Shown: in pieces, positions 46,926 through 56,239 of the stretch
Layout of the letters: every line of letters begins with the position of its first letter
How positions within the stretch are numbered: the stretch's first letter is position 1
DNA from: Anaerolineae bacterium
Lineage (GTDB): Bacteria > Chloroflexota > Anaerolineae > Aggregatilineales > Phototrophicaceae
Assembly: GCA_021296065.1 (NCBI GenBank)
Contig: JAGWBD010000013.1
Coordinates: 731-64,730 of the forward strand
Length of the DNA: 64,000 nucleotides
Direction: 5' to 3'
Notes under the pieces: generated by a model
Databases searched by the model: none
Told to the model about the DNA's origin: nothing
The model's input: the letters and a program-made list of their open reading frames with translations, nothing else
Translations under genes and position numbers: made by a program

Positions 46926-47684
46926 TCAGTGCTGCTGCTTGATGGTCGCGGGGTCGATGATGCCCGCGCTGCTGCCCTTGTTAACGGCCAGCTTGACCTC
47001 GCCGATGGCGCGCGTCACCTCGATGCCGCGCGGGCAGGCCGGCGTGCAGTTGAAGATCGTGCGGCAGCGCCAGACGCCATCCGGCGCGCCAAGAACGTCA
47101 AGGCGCGCATCGTCGCCGGTATCGCGGCTATCAAAAAGGAAGCGGTGCGCCTGCACGATGGCCGCCGGGCCGACGTACTCGCCATTGGCCCAGAAGCTGG
47201 GGCAGGACGTGGTGCAGGCCGCACAAAGGATGCAATTGGTGCTGTCGTTGATGAGGTCCTTGTCTTGCTGCGTCTGCAGGCGCTCGCGCCCGTCCGCGGG
47301 CAACGGCCCGTCGTTGACGAACCAGGGCAGCACCTGACGATAATGCGCGAGGAAGGGCTCCATATCCACGATCATGTCCTTGATGACGCGCAGGCCAAGG
47401 ATCGGCTCCACCTGAATCTTCGGGCCCACGTCGCGCGCCAGCAGTTTGCAGGCCAGGGCGTTGCGCCCGTTGATGCGCATGGCGTCCGAGCCGCAAATAC
47501 CGCTTGAGCAGGAGCGTCGGAAAGCCAGCGTACCGTCCTGTTCCCACTTGACGCGATGCAGCAGCTCCAGCACGCGCTGGGTCGGCTCCACGTCGTTTAG
47601 CGTGAATTCCTGCCAGTAAGGTTTGGAACGCCCGGCCTCCGGGTTGTAACGGCGGATGCGAAAGCTGATGTCCATGCGGCTCAC
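46926..47684 (-). CDS. sdhB: Succinate dehydrogenase iron-sulfur subunit
   Basis: Three Cys clusters: 'CSSGICGSDAMRING', 'CILCAACTTSCP' and 'CRTIFNCTPACP'. Confidence 0.95.
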   Translation of the reverse strand: MSRMDISFRIRRYNPEAGRSKPYWQEFTLNDVEPTQRVLELLHRVKWEQDGTLAFRRSCSSGICGSDAMRINGRNALACKLLARDVGPKIQVEPILGLRVIKDMIVDMEPFLAHYRQVLPWFVNDGPLPADGRERLQTQQDKDLINDSTNCILCAACTTSCPSFWANGEYVGPAAIVQAHRFLFDSRDTGDDARLDVLGAPDGVWRCRTIFNCTPACPRGIEVTRAIGEVKLAVNKGSSAGIIDPATIKQQH

Positions 47685-47693
47685 CGTCCCCTG

Positions 47694-49514
47694 CTAATAG
47701 ACGCGTTCTTTCGGCGCGAAGCGCGCGTCTTCCGCTTCCAGCGAGCGGTCGACCGGCTTGTCGTGATTCAATGACAGCTCCAGCTGCTCCGTGACGAGGC
47801 CGCTGGCCTGGCTGCTGATCAGCGAATGCACCAGCCAGTTCGCGTCGTCGCGCTCGCGGAAGTCCTCGCGGCTGTGGGCGCCGCGGCTTTCCTCACGCGC
47901 CAGCGCGCTCTCCGCGGTCACCACGGCCGTATCCAGCAAACAGCCCAGTTCCCAGGCTTCCATCAGGTCCGTATTGAAGACCTGGCCCCGGTCGTCGATG
48001 CCAAGGTCTTGCAGGAAGCGCTGGCGCAATTCAAGCACCGCGTCAAGTCCCTGTCGCATGCCCTCCGCGCTGCGGAAGACACCGACGTGCGTCATCATCT
48101 CGTCCTGCATGCGCGCGCGCAACTCGCCGGGTCGGCTCTTGCCCGAACTGTTGCGAATGCGCTCGAACTCCGCGCGCACTTCCTCGGCGGCGTCCATCGG
48201 CGGCGGCACCAGCGGCGCCTCGCGCACGAAGTTGGCGATGCGCTTGCCGCCGCGGCGCCCGAAGACGACCAGGTCCACCAGGGAATTTGTGCCCAGGCGG
48301 TTGGCGCCGTGGCAACTGACGCAGGCCACCTCGCCCGCCGAATACAGACCCTGCAGCACCTTGCCGGAGGCATCGACGATCACCTCGGCGTTGACGTTGG
48401 TGGGGATGCCACCCATGGCATAGTGCGCCGTGGGTTGCACCGGCATCGGCTCCTGCAGCGGGTCCACACCGGCGTAGGTGCGGCAGACCTCCAGCGTTTC
48501 CGCCAGGTTGCGCGCAATAAAGTCCTCGTCGATGCGCCGCGTCTCGCCGGCCTCCGCCAGATAGCGGTTGACCGTCTCGGGACGGATGTCGAGGTGCAGG
48601 TAGTCGCTGCCGCCGATACCCTTGCCTTCGCGCAGTTCAAGATAAATGGAGCGGCTGACCACGTCGCGGCTGGCGAGGTCCTTGATCGTCGGCGCGTAGC
48701 GCTCCATGAAACGCTCGCCATGGCGGTTGAGCAGCACGCCGCCCTCGCCGCGAATGCCTTCGGTCAGCAGCACGCCGAGGCCATACAGTCCGGTGGGATG
48801 AAACTGATAGAACTCCATGTCTTCCAGCGGCAGGCCGCGGCGCAGCAAAATGGCCGCGCCGTCGCCGGTCAGGCTGTGGGCGTTGCTGGTCACCTGCCAC
48901 ACGCGGCCCCAGCCGCCGGTGGCGAAGAGCGTGGCCTTTGCGTTGAAGCAGTGGAACTCACCGCTGCCCAGTTGGATGGCCACCGCACCGCAGGCCACGC
49001 CCTGGTTGAGCAGCAGGTCAACCACCTGGTACTCGTCAAAGAAACGCACCTCGTTGCGCAGGCATTGCTGGTAAAGCGTCTGCAGAATCATGTGGCCCGT
49101 GCGGTCCGCCGAGTGACAGGCGCGGCGCACGGCCTTTTCACCGAAGTTGCTGGTGTGCCCGCCGAAGCGCCGCTGGCTGATGCGCCCTTCGGAAGTGCGG
49201 TCGAAGGGCAGGCCCATGTGCTCCAGCTCGATGACGGCGTCGACGGCCTCCTCGGCCAGCACGCGCACGGCCTCCTGGTCGGCGAGGTAGTCGCCGCCCT
49301 TGACGGTATCATACATGTGCCATTCGGGCCGGTCTTCCTCGTGGTTGCCGAGCGCTGCGCCGATGCCGCCGAGGGCCGCGCCGGTATGGCTGCGGGTCGG
49401 ATAGAGCTTGCTGACCACGGCGACCTTCGCGCCGCCCTGGCTGGCATAAAGCGCCGCCATCAACCCGGCGCCGCCGGCGCCCACGATCAGCGCATCAAAC
49501 TGGTGGGTCTGCAT
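47694..49514 (-). CDS. sdhA: Succinate dehydrogenase flavoprotein subunit
   Basis: Motifs '[15 protein letters not shown]', '[10 protein letters not shown]' (FAD His) and 'QFHPTG'. Confidence 0.95.
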   Translation of the reverse strand: MQTHQFDALIVGAGGAGLMAALYASQGGAKVAVVSKLYPTRSHTGAALGGIGAALGNHEEDRPEWHMYDTVKGGDYLADQEAVRVLAEEAVDAVIELEHMGLPFDRTSEGRISQRRFGGHTSNFGEKAVRRACHSADRTGHMILQTLYQQCLRNEVRFFDEYQVVDLLLNQGVACGAVAIQLGSGEFHCFNAKATLFATGGWGRVWQVTSNAHSLTGDGAAILLRRGLPLEDMEFYQFHPTGLYGLGVLLTEGIRGEGGVLLNRHGERFMERYAPTIKDLASRDVVSRSIYLELREGKGIGGSDYLHLDIRPETVNRYLAEAGETRRIDEDFIARNLAETLEVCRTYAGVDPLQEPMPVQPTAHYAMGGIPTNVNAEVIVDASGKVLQGLYSAGEVACVSCHGANRLGTNSLVDLVVFGRRGGKRIANFVREAPLVPPPMDAAEEVRAEFERIRNSSGKSRPGELRARMQDEMMTHVGVFRSAEGMRQGLDAVLELRQRFLQDLGIDDRGQVFNTDLMEAWELGCLLDTAVVTAESALAREESRGAHSREDFRERDDANWLVHSLISSQASGLVTEQLELSLNHDKPVDRSLEAEDARFAPKERVY

Positions 49515-49601
49515 CGTCTCCCTCTTCCCGCCAAATCGCGGGAGCCCTTCCGCTAAATCGCGGGGTTCCCACCCGCCAGGTCGCGGGAGCCCTTCCGCCG
49601 C

Positions 49602-50612
49602 TCAGGGCGCTGCGTGCAGGCGCTCCATGGCCGCCACGCCCATCTCAATGGCGGTTTCGTCGATGGTGCCCAGCAGCGCGCCCACGCCGAGCAGCAGCAG
49701 CGTCACTGCCCCCAGCATGCACAGGTAAACGCTGGCGCGGCGCAGCAGGGGGCTGTGTGACGTGTAATCGGTGAGCACGTAGCGCAGGCCATTGAAACCG
49801 TGCGCCACCACCAGTGCCAGCAAGGCAAAATCGTAGACGCGCCAGACCGCCACGCCGCCCACCAGCAGGTTCCAGCGCGCGGCCACGAACTCCACCGCTG
49901 TGCCACTCTCGTTGACGAGGCCCGTGCCCACCACGTCGTGGCCCTGGGCCGTGATGTCGAAAACGCCCTGCAGGACATGCATGACGCCCAGGTGGCCGAA
50001 GACCAGCGGCAATATCAGCAGCGAACTGACGCGCATGAAGGACCACCAGAAGCGCTCGCTGCGGCTGCCCTGTACGCTGGCTGCGGCCTCTCCGCCGCCG
50101 GCGACCAGCCCGTGCAGGCCCGAAAGAATCACGGCGGCGACGATGGCCGCGATGAAGCCGGGCAGGAAGACCAGCTGGGCGCGCAGCACCTCCGTCAGCG
50201 GCAACACCTGCGGCGCCGAACGGTAGAAATCCAGCACGTGGCCGAACATCAGCAGGAACACCGGCGCCAGCACGACCAGCGTGGCGAGCAGCACGATCTG
50301 CGCCGCCCGTTGCTGATGACGCCAGAGGTGGGGTTTGTAATCGAAAAAGACGATGCGCAGGCCATTGAAGGCATGGTAGACCACCGCCGCCACCAGGCCG
50401 AACTCGCCGATGGTGAAGAGCGGCGACTGGTAGCTGGCGATCGCCTCTTCGTAGAGCCCGGGCCAGAAGACGGCCCAGGAGGTATCGATGACGTGCAACA
50501 CCAGGAAAAGCACCACGCCCAGCCCGCTCAGGCGGTGCAGCGCCCAACTCCACTGGCCGATGGCGCCCCGGTAGCGCAGCGTCTCGGTGACCGTGATGAC
50601 CAGTGACGTCAA
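49602..50612 (-). CDS. sdhC: Succinate dehydrogenase membrane anchor, apparent SdhC-SdhD fusion (cytochrome b)
   Basis: Two similar 3-TM halves, each with 'H(A/G)FNGLR'. TTG start with GGAGG 6 nt upstream. Confidence 0.7.
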   Translation of the reverse strand: MTSLVITVTETLRYRGAIGQWSWALHRLSGLGVVLFLVLHVIDTSWAVFWPGLYEEAIASYQSPLFTIGEFGLVAAVVYHAFNGLRIVFFDYKPHLWRHQQRAAQIVLLATLVVLAPVFLLMFGHVLDFYRSAPQVLPLTEVLRAQLVFLPGFIAAIVAAVILSGLHGLVAGGGEAAASVQGSRSERFWWSFMRVSSLLILPLVFGHLGVMHVLQGVFDITAQGHDVVGTGLVNESGTAVEFVAARWNLLVGGVAVWRVYDFALLALVVAHGFNGLRYVLTDYTSHSPLLRRASVYLCMLGAVTLLLLGVGALLGTIDETAIEMGVAAMERLHAAP

Positions 50613-50716
50613 GGAATGCCTCCGGGCTACGGGCGCAGGCGAGCAGTATAGCAGCGCGGCCAGGCCCCCGCAATGCCGCCTGGCTGCGGGCGCGGGCTAC
50701 CCGGCGCCAGGGCCTT

Positions 50717-51268
50717 TCAGTTCGATTCGGAAAAGATCTCCCGCACTGGCAGGCGGAACCCCGGCAGCACCACGCCGCCATCAATGATGTCGTCGCCACT
50801 CAGGGTCCGGGGCGGGCTGCCGGCCACGTGCAGCACAAGCGATTGCGCCTGCGGGTAGAGGAGCCAGACCATCTGCGTGCCGTGCTCCAAATAGCGCGCT
50901 GCCTTGGCTTCCAGTTCGCTGCGGGTGTTGCTCCTGCTGTACACCTCAACAGCCAGCAAGGGAGCTTCCGTCGGGACATTCGGGTCAGCAGCGATGCGCT
51001 GGATGGCGACATCCGGCAGGCAATACCAGCCATCGAGGTCGTGCAGGGCTTCGGTGCCCACGTCGTAGCCGGGCAAACCGCCGGCGTCCAGCCATGCGGC
51101 CAGCAACACGGCAACGCGCGCCTGCTTTCTGGAATGCAACCAACTGGGCGGCATCTCTACGATTTCCCCCCTGGCGTTGAATCTGAACTTCTTGCCGGGG
51201 TGCCGCCGGACCAGCCGAAAATAGCGCTCAAGCAACTGCTCGGCAGGGCTTTGGATGGTTACAGCCAT
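50717..51268 (-). CDS. Uma2-family (DUF820) endonuclease
   Basis: 183 aa, 'PDVAI...APLLAVEVYSRSNTRSELEAKAARYLEHGTQMVWLL'. GGAGGG lies upstream of ATG 51268. Confidence 0.75.
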   Translation of the reverse strand: MAVTIQSPAEQLLERYFRLVRRHPGKKFRFNARGEIVEMPPSWLHSRKQARVAVLLAAWLDAGGLPGYDVGTEALHDLDGWYCLPDVAIQRIAADPNVPTEAPLLAVEVYSRSNTRSELEAKAARYLEHGTQMVWLLYPQAQSLVLHVAGSPPRTLSGDDIIDGGVVLPGFRLPVREIFSESN

Positions 51269-51347
51269 GTAGCCCTCCTGGTACTCACCTCGCTCCAGTA
51301 TACCCGACAGCGCCGGGCAGGTGAACGCCGCCCCGATGCCGCCTGGC

Positions 51348-51377
51348 TTGACGCTGCGCCGCCGCCTCCTGTAGAAT
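51348..51377 (+). promoter_or_regulatory. Candidate promoter TTGACG-18-TAGAAT for tRNA-Ala
   Basis: The -10 ends 11 nt upstream of the tRNA 5' end. Confidence 0.5.
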
Positions 51378-51388
51378 GCGCCGCAATC

Positions 51389-51464
51389 GGGCCTGTAGCT
51401 CAGTTGGGAGAGCGCCACAATCGCACTGTGGAGGCCAGGGGTTCGAGTCCCCTCAGGTCCACCA
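51389..51464 (+). tRNA. tRNA-Ala (anticodon CGC), CCA encoded
   Basis: Hand-folded cloverleaf with the G3:U70 Ala identity pair, CCACA-ATCGCAC-TGTGG anticodon arm and TTCGAGT T-loop. Confidence 0.95.
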
Positions 51465-51527
51465 GATTTGACAAAATCGGGAACTATCACCCTGGGCATC
51501 GTGCCGGGCCAGCTTCCCGTCGTATGG

Positions 51528-51567
51528 AAACGAGGCCCCTGTTCTCTGGAGCAGGGGCCGCTCGTTT
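51528..51567 (+). terminator. Long imperfect hairpin downstream of tRNA-Ala
   Basis: GGCCCCTG/CAGGGGCC core stem, extended by AAACGA/TCGTTT with a 2-nt bulge. Confidence 0.35.
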
Positions 51568-51806
51568 GTGCAGCCAGGTCTCCTGCGCGGGAGAGGTGAT
51601 CCCGCAGGAGGGCGTTCTCCCGCATGTAGCCGTCGCTATCCTTCTGCTGCTCACCCCGTTGCCCCCGCCCCAGGGCCCGCTGCCACCGTGCGGACGCGGC
51701 CAGGCGCACCGGGCCTGGCTTCCGGTGGAAATCGGAGCAACAGCGGGTAGAATCGCCAATCCGCTGCCACGCATCATCGAAAAACAGGGGTGGTGGAGAG
51801 ATCGCA

Positions 51807-52277
51807 ATGACCGGCAAGGCAGGCAGGAAATCAATGAAGGCGGACGCAAGTCAGGCCGACGGGAAACCGGGATTGCTCTCCGGCGGCAACCCCCAGATCC
51901 CCAAGGGCGACGGCGACGCGCCTGTGCAAGCCTACATCGCGGCCATGCCAGGCTGGAAGAGCGCCCTCGGGCGTCGTATTGACGAGATCATCGTGGAGAA
52001 CGTACCCAGGGTGCGCAAGGCCGTGCGCTGGAACTCGCCATGGTATGGCATCCAGGGCCAGGGCTGGTTCCTGACCACCCACGTCTTCACCCGTTACGTA
52101 AAGGTGACCTTCATAAGCGGCGCGTCACTGCAGCCCCCGCCGCCCGGCAGCGGCAAGGACCCCGACGCGCGCTGGTATAACATCTACGAAGACGGATTCG
52201 ACGAGGCGCAGTTTGTCGAATGGGTCCGGCAGGCCGCTGCCCTGCCCGGCTGGGACGGCTTTGACACCCTGAAGTAA
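51807..52277 (+). CDS. DUF1801 (YdhG-like) domain protein
   Basis: Motif 'VQAYIAAMPGWKSALGRRIDEIIVENVPRVRKAVRWNSPWYG'. RBS GGTGGAGAG. Confidence 0.65.
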   Translation: MTGKAGRKSMKADASQADGKPGLLSGGNPQIPKGDGDAPVQAYIAAMPGWKSALGRRIDEIIVENVPRVRKAVRWNSPWYGIQGQGWFLTTHVFTRYVKVTFISGASLQPPPPGSGKDPDARWYNIYEDGFDEAQFVEWVRQAAALPGWDGFDTLK

Positions 52278-52326
52278 TAGTTTCGCCGTCAGTCACAGTG
52301 GCGGCGGGAACGATCCGGTCGGACGT

Positions 52327-52716
52327 CTAAAGCTCGTACTCGAACGCCATGTCGTGTTCTTCCGCATGACCCGCCGAGAATTCGCCGCTGCCCGACAGCC
52401 CTGCCAGTTCGTCGGTGCCCGACCCCGGCACGACCTCGCAATTTGCCCTGGCCTGCTGGCCGTCGTAGGCGCCCGTGTGCCGCAGCACGAAGCTGCCGCT
52501 GCGTCCGCCCAGACTGCCCGCAACTCTCTCGAAACCTGAAAACACGGCGCCCCCGCCCTCAAGGTAGGTCATCACGTACATCAGGTTGCCCGTGGCGACG
52601 AGATCGCCCGCGAAGGACTTGCGGATCTGCGCCCGCGTCATCTTGGGACCGTCCTCCGGCTCGTCAAAGGGCTCTTCGTCCCAGGCGAGGATTTTGAACT
52701 TGACAGATGTCTGCAT
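52327..52716 (-). CDS. DUF3224 domain protein
   Basis: 129 aa, 'FKILAWDEEPFDE...G.ATG' beta-barrel-like pattern remembered from DUF3224. Confidence 0.6.
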   Translation of the reverse strand: MQTSVKFKILAWDEEPFDEPEDGPKMTRAQIRKSFAGDLVATGNLMYVMTYLEGGGAVFSGFERVAGSLGGRSGSFVLRHTGAYDGQQARANCEVVPGSGTDELAGLSGSGEFSAGHAEEHDMAFEYEL

Positions 52717-52816
52717 GGGTTTCTCCTGTCATGTTGACAGGATGCAGCATACACCGGGCAGGCAGATAATCTCAGGGGCAAGGGGTCAGCCGCGGGATGA
52801 CGCAAGCCGTCCCTGC

Positions 52817-53989
52817 TCAGACCCTGAATTCGAACGGCTTCTCGTAGCGGTACTGCGGGATTTCCACGCGCGCGCCGCCCTGCATGGCCGACCCGTGCGC
52901 GCAGATGCCGGCGGCCGTCCAGCCGGCCGTCCGCACTGCGTCCGGCCAGGGCAGACGCTCCTCCACGATGCTGCTGACGAACTCGTGCACCATGTGCGGG
53001 TGCGAACCGTCGTGGCCGCCGCCCTGCACGAAGGACAAATGCGCGTGGCTCTCGTCGTAGACGCCGCGCTGCGTGAAGCGCGCGATCTCCGGCGGCAGCA
53101 GGTCCTGGCGGTCGGGCACGTCCAGCTTCTCGTGGCGTATCTCGTTGCCGCGTCCCCAGGTTTCCACCACCGGCCGCATGCGGAAGATGACCGGCTGCTC
53201 GCCTTCCACCTGCTCCCACTCGAAAGTGGCCTTGTCGCCATAGACGTTGAAGCTCTCGACGTATCCGTGCGCCGTGTGGAACAGACTGCGCGTGACCTCG
53301 GCGGCCAGCGGCGGATCGTCCTGCAGCTCGTAGATGGCGGTCTCGATCGGGAAGGGATTGCCGTACTGTTCGTGCAGTTCATTGCGCATGACGCCGGAGC
53401 CGAAGCAGTGCACCGCCTTCGCCTGCATGCCGGCCAGCGCCAGCACCGGCGAGACGGCGTGGGTGGCGTAGTGCATGGGCGGCAGGCCCAGCCAGTAGGG
53501 CGGCCAGTGTTCCATGTCCTGGTAATGCGCGCCGCGCAGAAACTGGATGCGGCCCAGCTCGCCCTTTCGCTGCATCTCGCGGGCATAGATGAAGCGTTTG
53601 GTGTAGACGGCCGTCTCCATGCCCATGTAGATCTTGCCGCTGGCCTGCTGCGCGTCGATGATGGCCTGCAGGTCCTCCAGGCGGGTGGCCATGGGCACGG
53701 TGCAGGAGCAGTGCTTGCCGGCGTTCAGCACGGCGAGCGTCTGTTGCACGTGCAGTGGGATGGGCGACACCAGATGGATGGCGTCGAGTGAGTCGTCGTT
53801 GATCAGGTCGTCGAGATCGGTCGTACGCTGTTTGATCTCGAAGCGGTCGCCGATCTTCTGCAGCACGGCCGGATTTGAATCGCAGATGACCAGATGCTCT
53901 ACACGCGGATGATGCAGGTAGATGGGCACGAATTCCGCGCCAAAGCCCAGTCCGGCCAGTCCTACCCGAATGTTACGGTCCATGGTCAC
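52817..53989 (-). CDS. Gfo/Idh/MocA-family oxidoreductase
   Basis: N-terminal Rossmann motif 'IRVGLAGLGFGAEF'. 390 aa. Confidence 0.88.
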   Translation of the reverse strand: MTMDRNIRVGLAGLGFGAEFVPIYLHHPRVEHLVICDSNPAVLQKIGDRFEIKQRTTDLDDLINDDSLDAIHLVSPIPLHVQQTLAVLNAGKHCSCTVPMATRLEDLQAIIDAQQASGKIYMGMETAVYTKRFIYAREMQRKGELGRIQFLRGAHYQDMEHWPPYWLGLPPMHYATHAVSPVLALAGMQAKAVHCFGSGVMRNELHEQYGNPFPIETAIYELQDDPPLAAEVTRSLFHTAHGYVESFNVYGDKATFEWEQVEGEQPVIFRMRPVVETWGRGNEIRHEKLDVPDRQDLLPPEIARFTQRGVYDESHAHLSFVQGGGHDGSHPHMVHEFVSSIVEERLPWPDAVRTAGWTAAGICAHGSAMQGGARVEIPQYRYEKPFEFRV

Positions 53990-54046
53990 CTGTACCTTCC
54001 GCTCGATTTGCTTCCTGTAGATTCACTTTAGGATGCGTGGTCTTTT

Positions 54047-54266
54047 GACGGTCCATCTGATAAATCGCCCCTGCACGGACCGTAGGGGCACCATACCATG
54101 TCGCCCGCGCGGCGTCGCGCTGGTGATGTGGCGTTTGGCGCGTGACGGGCCATCTGATAAATCGCCCCTGCACGGGCCGTAGGGGCGACATACCATGTCG
54201 CCCGCGCGCGTCGCTGGTGTTGTGGCGTATGGTGCGTGACGGGCGATTTGATAAATCGCCCCTGCG
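54047..54266. repeat. Tandem array (2.3 copies, 94-97 bp unit) of MITE-family modules
   Basis: Units at 54047-54143, 54144-54237 and a partial unit at 54238-54266. Each contains the GATAAATCGCCCC palindrome and the GGGGCRACATACCATGTCGCCC palindrome. Confidence 0.85.
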
Positions 54267-54314
54267 CCAGAATTGGGGTCCAGGGTGAAGGTCAAGGCCC
54301 ACACCGTCAACCGG

Positions 54315-55196
54315 CTATTCCTTCACGGCGCCGAAGGTGATGCCTGTCACCAGTTGCCTCTGCACGCGGAAGAGCAGCGGCACCAGCGGCAGCAGCACCA
54401 GCACGCCGCCCACCGCGTAAAGGTCATAGGGTACCTGCATGATGTTGGTGCCGCTGGGCACCTCGAGCAGGCGCAGGGTGAGCACCCGAATCTCCGGCCG
54501 CACTGTCAGCACGAAGGCGAAGAGGAACTCGTTCCAGCCGGCGATCAACAGCAGCAGGAAGGTGACGAAGGCGCCGGGCAGGGCGATCGGCAGGATGACG
54601 CGAAAGAGCGTGCCGAACCAGCCGCAGCCGTCGATGGCCGCCGCGTCATCCAGTTCGCGCGGGATCGAGTTGTAGTAGGTGAAGAGCACCAGCACGGCCA
54701 GCGGCAAACCCCCGGCGAGGTACACGAGGATGATGCCGTGGCGCGTATCCAGCAGGCCGATTTCGAAGTAGGTGATGAAGATGGGCCCGAGCGTCACCAT
54801 GGCCGGTACGGCGATGCTGGCCACCAACAGGCTGTACATCAGCGCCTTGCCGGCGAAGGTCGCGCGGCTGAAGCTGTAGGCCGCCATTCCGCCCAGCAGC
54901 GTCGCGCCCAGCGCGGAGAGGCCCGCGATCATGATGGTGTTGAACAGCCCCGGCAGGTAATTCCAGCGGCGAACCATGAAGGGATAGTTGTCGAAATTGA
55001 GGTTCCCCGGGACGAGGCGCGGCGGGACGCGCAGAAACTCGTCCAGAGTCATGACCGAGGTGGCCAACATGTAATAAATAGGAAAGAGCAGCAGCACCAG
55101 GGTCACAAGCAGCAGGGTGTATTGCACCAGCCGCAGCAAGCGTTCTCCCGTCAGGAACGGGACAGGACGCGTGCCTCGTGCAGCCTGGGCGGACAT
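54315..55196 (-). CDS. Carbohydrate ABC transporter permease (MalG-like)
   Basis: EAA loop 'ELDDAAAIDGCGWFGTLFRVILPIALP'. Confidence 0.88.
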   Translation of the reverse strand: MSAQAARGTRPVPFLTGERLLRLVQYTLLLVTLVLLLFPIYYMLATSVMTLDEFLRVPPRLVPGNLNFDNYPFMVRRWNYLPGLFNTIMIAGLSALGATLLGGMAAYSFSRATFAGKALMYSLLVASIAVPAMVTLGPIFITYFEIGLLDTRHGIILVYLAGGLPLAVLVLFTYYNSIPRELDDAAAIDGCGWFGTLFRVILPIALPGAFVTFLLLLIAGWNEFLFAFVLTVRPEIRVLTLRLLEVPSGTNIMQVPYDLYAVGGVLVLLPLVPLLFRVQRQLVTGITFGAVKE

Positions 55197-56131
55197 CAGC
55201 GGGCCACGCGGGTGCCGGAGCGATACAGCAGCCAGGCGAAAACGCCGCCGATGGCCACCGTAAGCAGCAGCAGGAGGACGTTAATGGCCGAGCCGTAGCC
55301 GTAGCGCAGCTCGACGAAGAAGCGCTGGTAGGAGTAGAGCGCGAGTGTGCGCGTGGCGTTGCCCGGGCCGCCCTGCGTCAGGCCCAGAATCTGCTCGAAG
55401 GTCTGCACCTCGGCCATGCCGCGCAGCATCAGCACGAGGTAGATGCTCGGCCGCAGCAGCGGCAGCGTCACGAACCAGAAGCGCTGCAGGGCGTTGGCGC
55501 CATCGACGGCGGCGGCCTCCAGCACTTCCTTTGACAGCGAGCCGAGCGCCGCCATGAAGATCAGCGCGACCCAGGACACGTTCTTCCAGACGGTCAGCAC
55601 GACCACGGAGACGCGCGCCATGGCGGGGTCGCTGAGCCAGCGCACCAGTTCGTCAATCAGGCCGGCCTCCAGCAGCATGAAGTTCAGCAGGCCGGATTGC
55701 TCCCAGTAGATCACGCGCCAGACGACGCCGGCCAGCAGCGGCGCCATGACCCAGGGCAACAGCATGACGAAATTGCTGAAGCCGCGCCCGCGCAGCCTTT
55801 GCATCATCAGCACGGCGATGCCCAGCCCCAGCACCGTCTCCAGCAGCGTGCTGGCCGCAGTGTAGGCGATGGTATAGCCTAGGGAGTTGATGAGCGTCTT
55901 GTCGCGCGTCAGGGCGAACTGGTAGTTCTGCAGGCCCACGAAGGCGCCCGGGTTGACGAGCGAGCGGTTGGTCAGGCTGAGCCAGACGGTCTGCACCAGG
56001 GGAATGAAGCTGTAGAGCATGCGCAGCACGAAGGCCGGCAGAACGAAGAGATAGATGATGGCGTATCTGCTTGTGAGTATGCGCGGCCGACCGTGTTCGG
56101 CGCTGCCCTGCGCGACAGTGGTTGTGGTCAT
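55196..56131 (-). CDS. Carbohydrate ABC transporter permease (MalF-like)
   Basis: EAA loop 'EVLEAAAVDGANALQRFWFVTLPLLRP'. TGATG overlap with the downstream permease. Confidence 0.88.
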   Translation of the reverse strand: MTTTTVAQGSAEHGRPRILTSRYAIIYLFVLPAFVLRMLYSFIPLVQTVWLSLTNRSLVNPGAFVGLQNYQFALTRDKTLINSLGYTIAYTAASTLLETVLGLGIAVLMMQRLRGRGFSNFVMLLPWVMAPLLAGVVWRVIYWEQSGLLNFMLLEAGLIDELVRWLSDPAMARVSVVVLTVWKNVSWVALIFMAALGSLSKEVLEAAAVDGANALQRFWFVTLPLLRPSIYLVLMLRGMAEVQTFEQILGLTQGGPGNATRTLALYSYQRFFVELRYGYGSAINVLLLLLTVAIGGVFAWLLYRSGTRVAR

Positions 56132-56239
56132 GCGCTTCCGTCCCGGTTGGCGCAGGTGGACCCCCGGCAGTGCCTGGACTGCCGGGGACCCTCCTTGTCG
56201 GTGATGCCGGGTGTGGCCCCGGTCACCCGTCGCTGCGGG

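Noticed and set aside
47826-49556. 576-aa plus-strand ORF antisense to sdhA. Similar cases: 39426-40925 antisense to recN, 19824-21302 antisense to abfA, 13159-14424 antisense to cysS, 59063-60193 antisense to oxygenase copy 1.
   Set aside because: These are shadow ORFs of strongly supported genes in a high-GC genome, with Ala/Arg/Gly/His-rich translations and no independent support.
54047-54266. Possible CRISPR array, suggested by regularly spaced palindromic repeats
   Set aside because: The whole 94-97-bp unit repeats, so there are no unique spacers. There are only 2.3 copies and no cas genes. The same modules recur dispersed as MITE parts.
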